Shown here piece after piece: positions 63,809-64,000 of a DNA stretch of 64,000 nt. Both the position numbers and the translations under genes were made by a program. The notes beneath the pieces were generated by a model that did no database searches, was not told the origin of the DNA, and saw nothing but the letters and a program-made list of their open reading frames with translations. Source of the stretch: Waterburya sp. (GTDB lineage Bacteria > Cyanobacteriota > Cyanobacteriia > Cyanobacteriales > Xenococcaceae); the NCBI GenBank assembly GCA_965217895.1, contig CBDCJV010000002.1:2976001-3040000 (forward strand), written 5' to 3'. Position 1 is the stretch's first letter. Every line of letters begins with the position of its first letter.

Positions 63809-63952
63809 CTATTTTCCTCTAAAATCTTCTGCTAGGTAAGCATGGCTAAAACCTCCAGAATCCAAGGAGCGTAAAATACGATAGCGCGATCGCAAGACAT
63901 CACCTGGATTTAGTAATGTTGACCTAATTTCTCGCGATCTTGGATCTTTCAT
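63809..63952 (-). pseudogene. Truncated Ser/Thr kinase N-terminus
   Basis: MKDPRSREIRSTLLNPGDVLRSRYRILRSLDSGGFSHAYLAEDFRGK*; only subdomain I remains. Confidence 0.7.
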
Positions 63953-64000
63953 TCACTCGTGCCTAATATGTAACTTTACTAACTATTGATATTTGTGGCG

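Overview
A chromosomal window from a cyanobacterium. The HIP1 octamer GCGATCGC is very frequent, psbM and a helical carotenoid protein are present, and the gene content suggests a terrestrial or Pleurocapsales-like lineage (inference). The backbone is housekeeping genes (alaS, metH, nei, leuC, hemE, moaC, holA, secA, a hik2-like kinase, gyrA) plus four tRNAs (Met-CAT, Arg-ACG, Val-GAC, Arg-TCT). Accessory content: a doubly frameshifted IS630 beside a related MITE; at least four MITE families; IS1 remnants; an IS200/IS605-type right end; many small palindromic repeats (two in frame inside alaS, one frameshifting a small gene, one nested cluster); heptamer tandem arrays; a 2.7 kb toxin-antitoxin islet between two convergent tRNAs; and a stress-gene cluster with topoisomerase IB. 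Best leads: (1) an unannotated ~265 nt minus-strand RNA candidate at 48250-48512 with two three-way junctions, strand-specific G-U pairs and three long-range loop pairings; (2) a four-helix-bundle gene flanked by inverted heptamer arrays; (3) a shared TCTATC-N4-GATAGA palindrome upstream of stress genes. All calls are by eye; no database searches were run.
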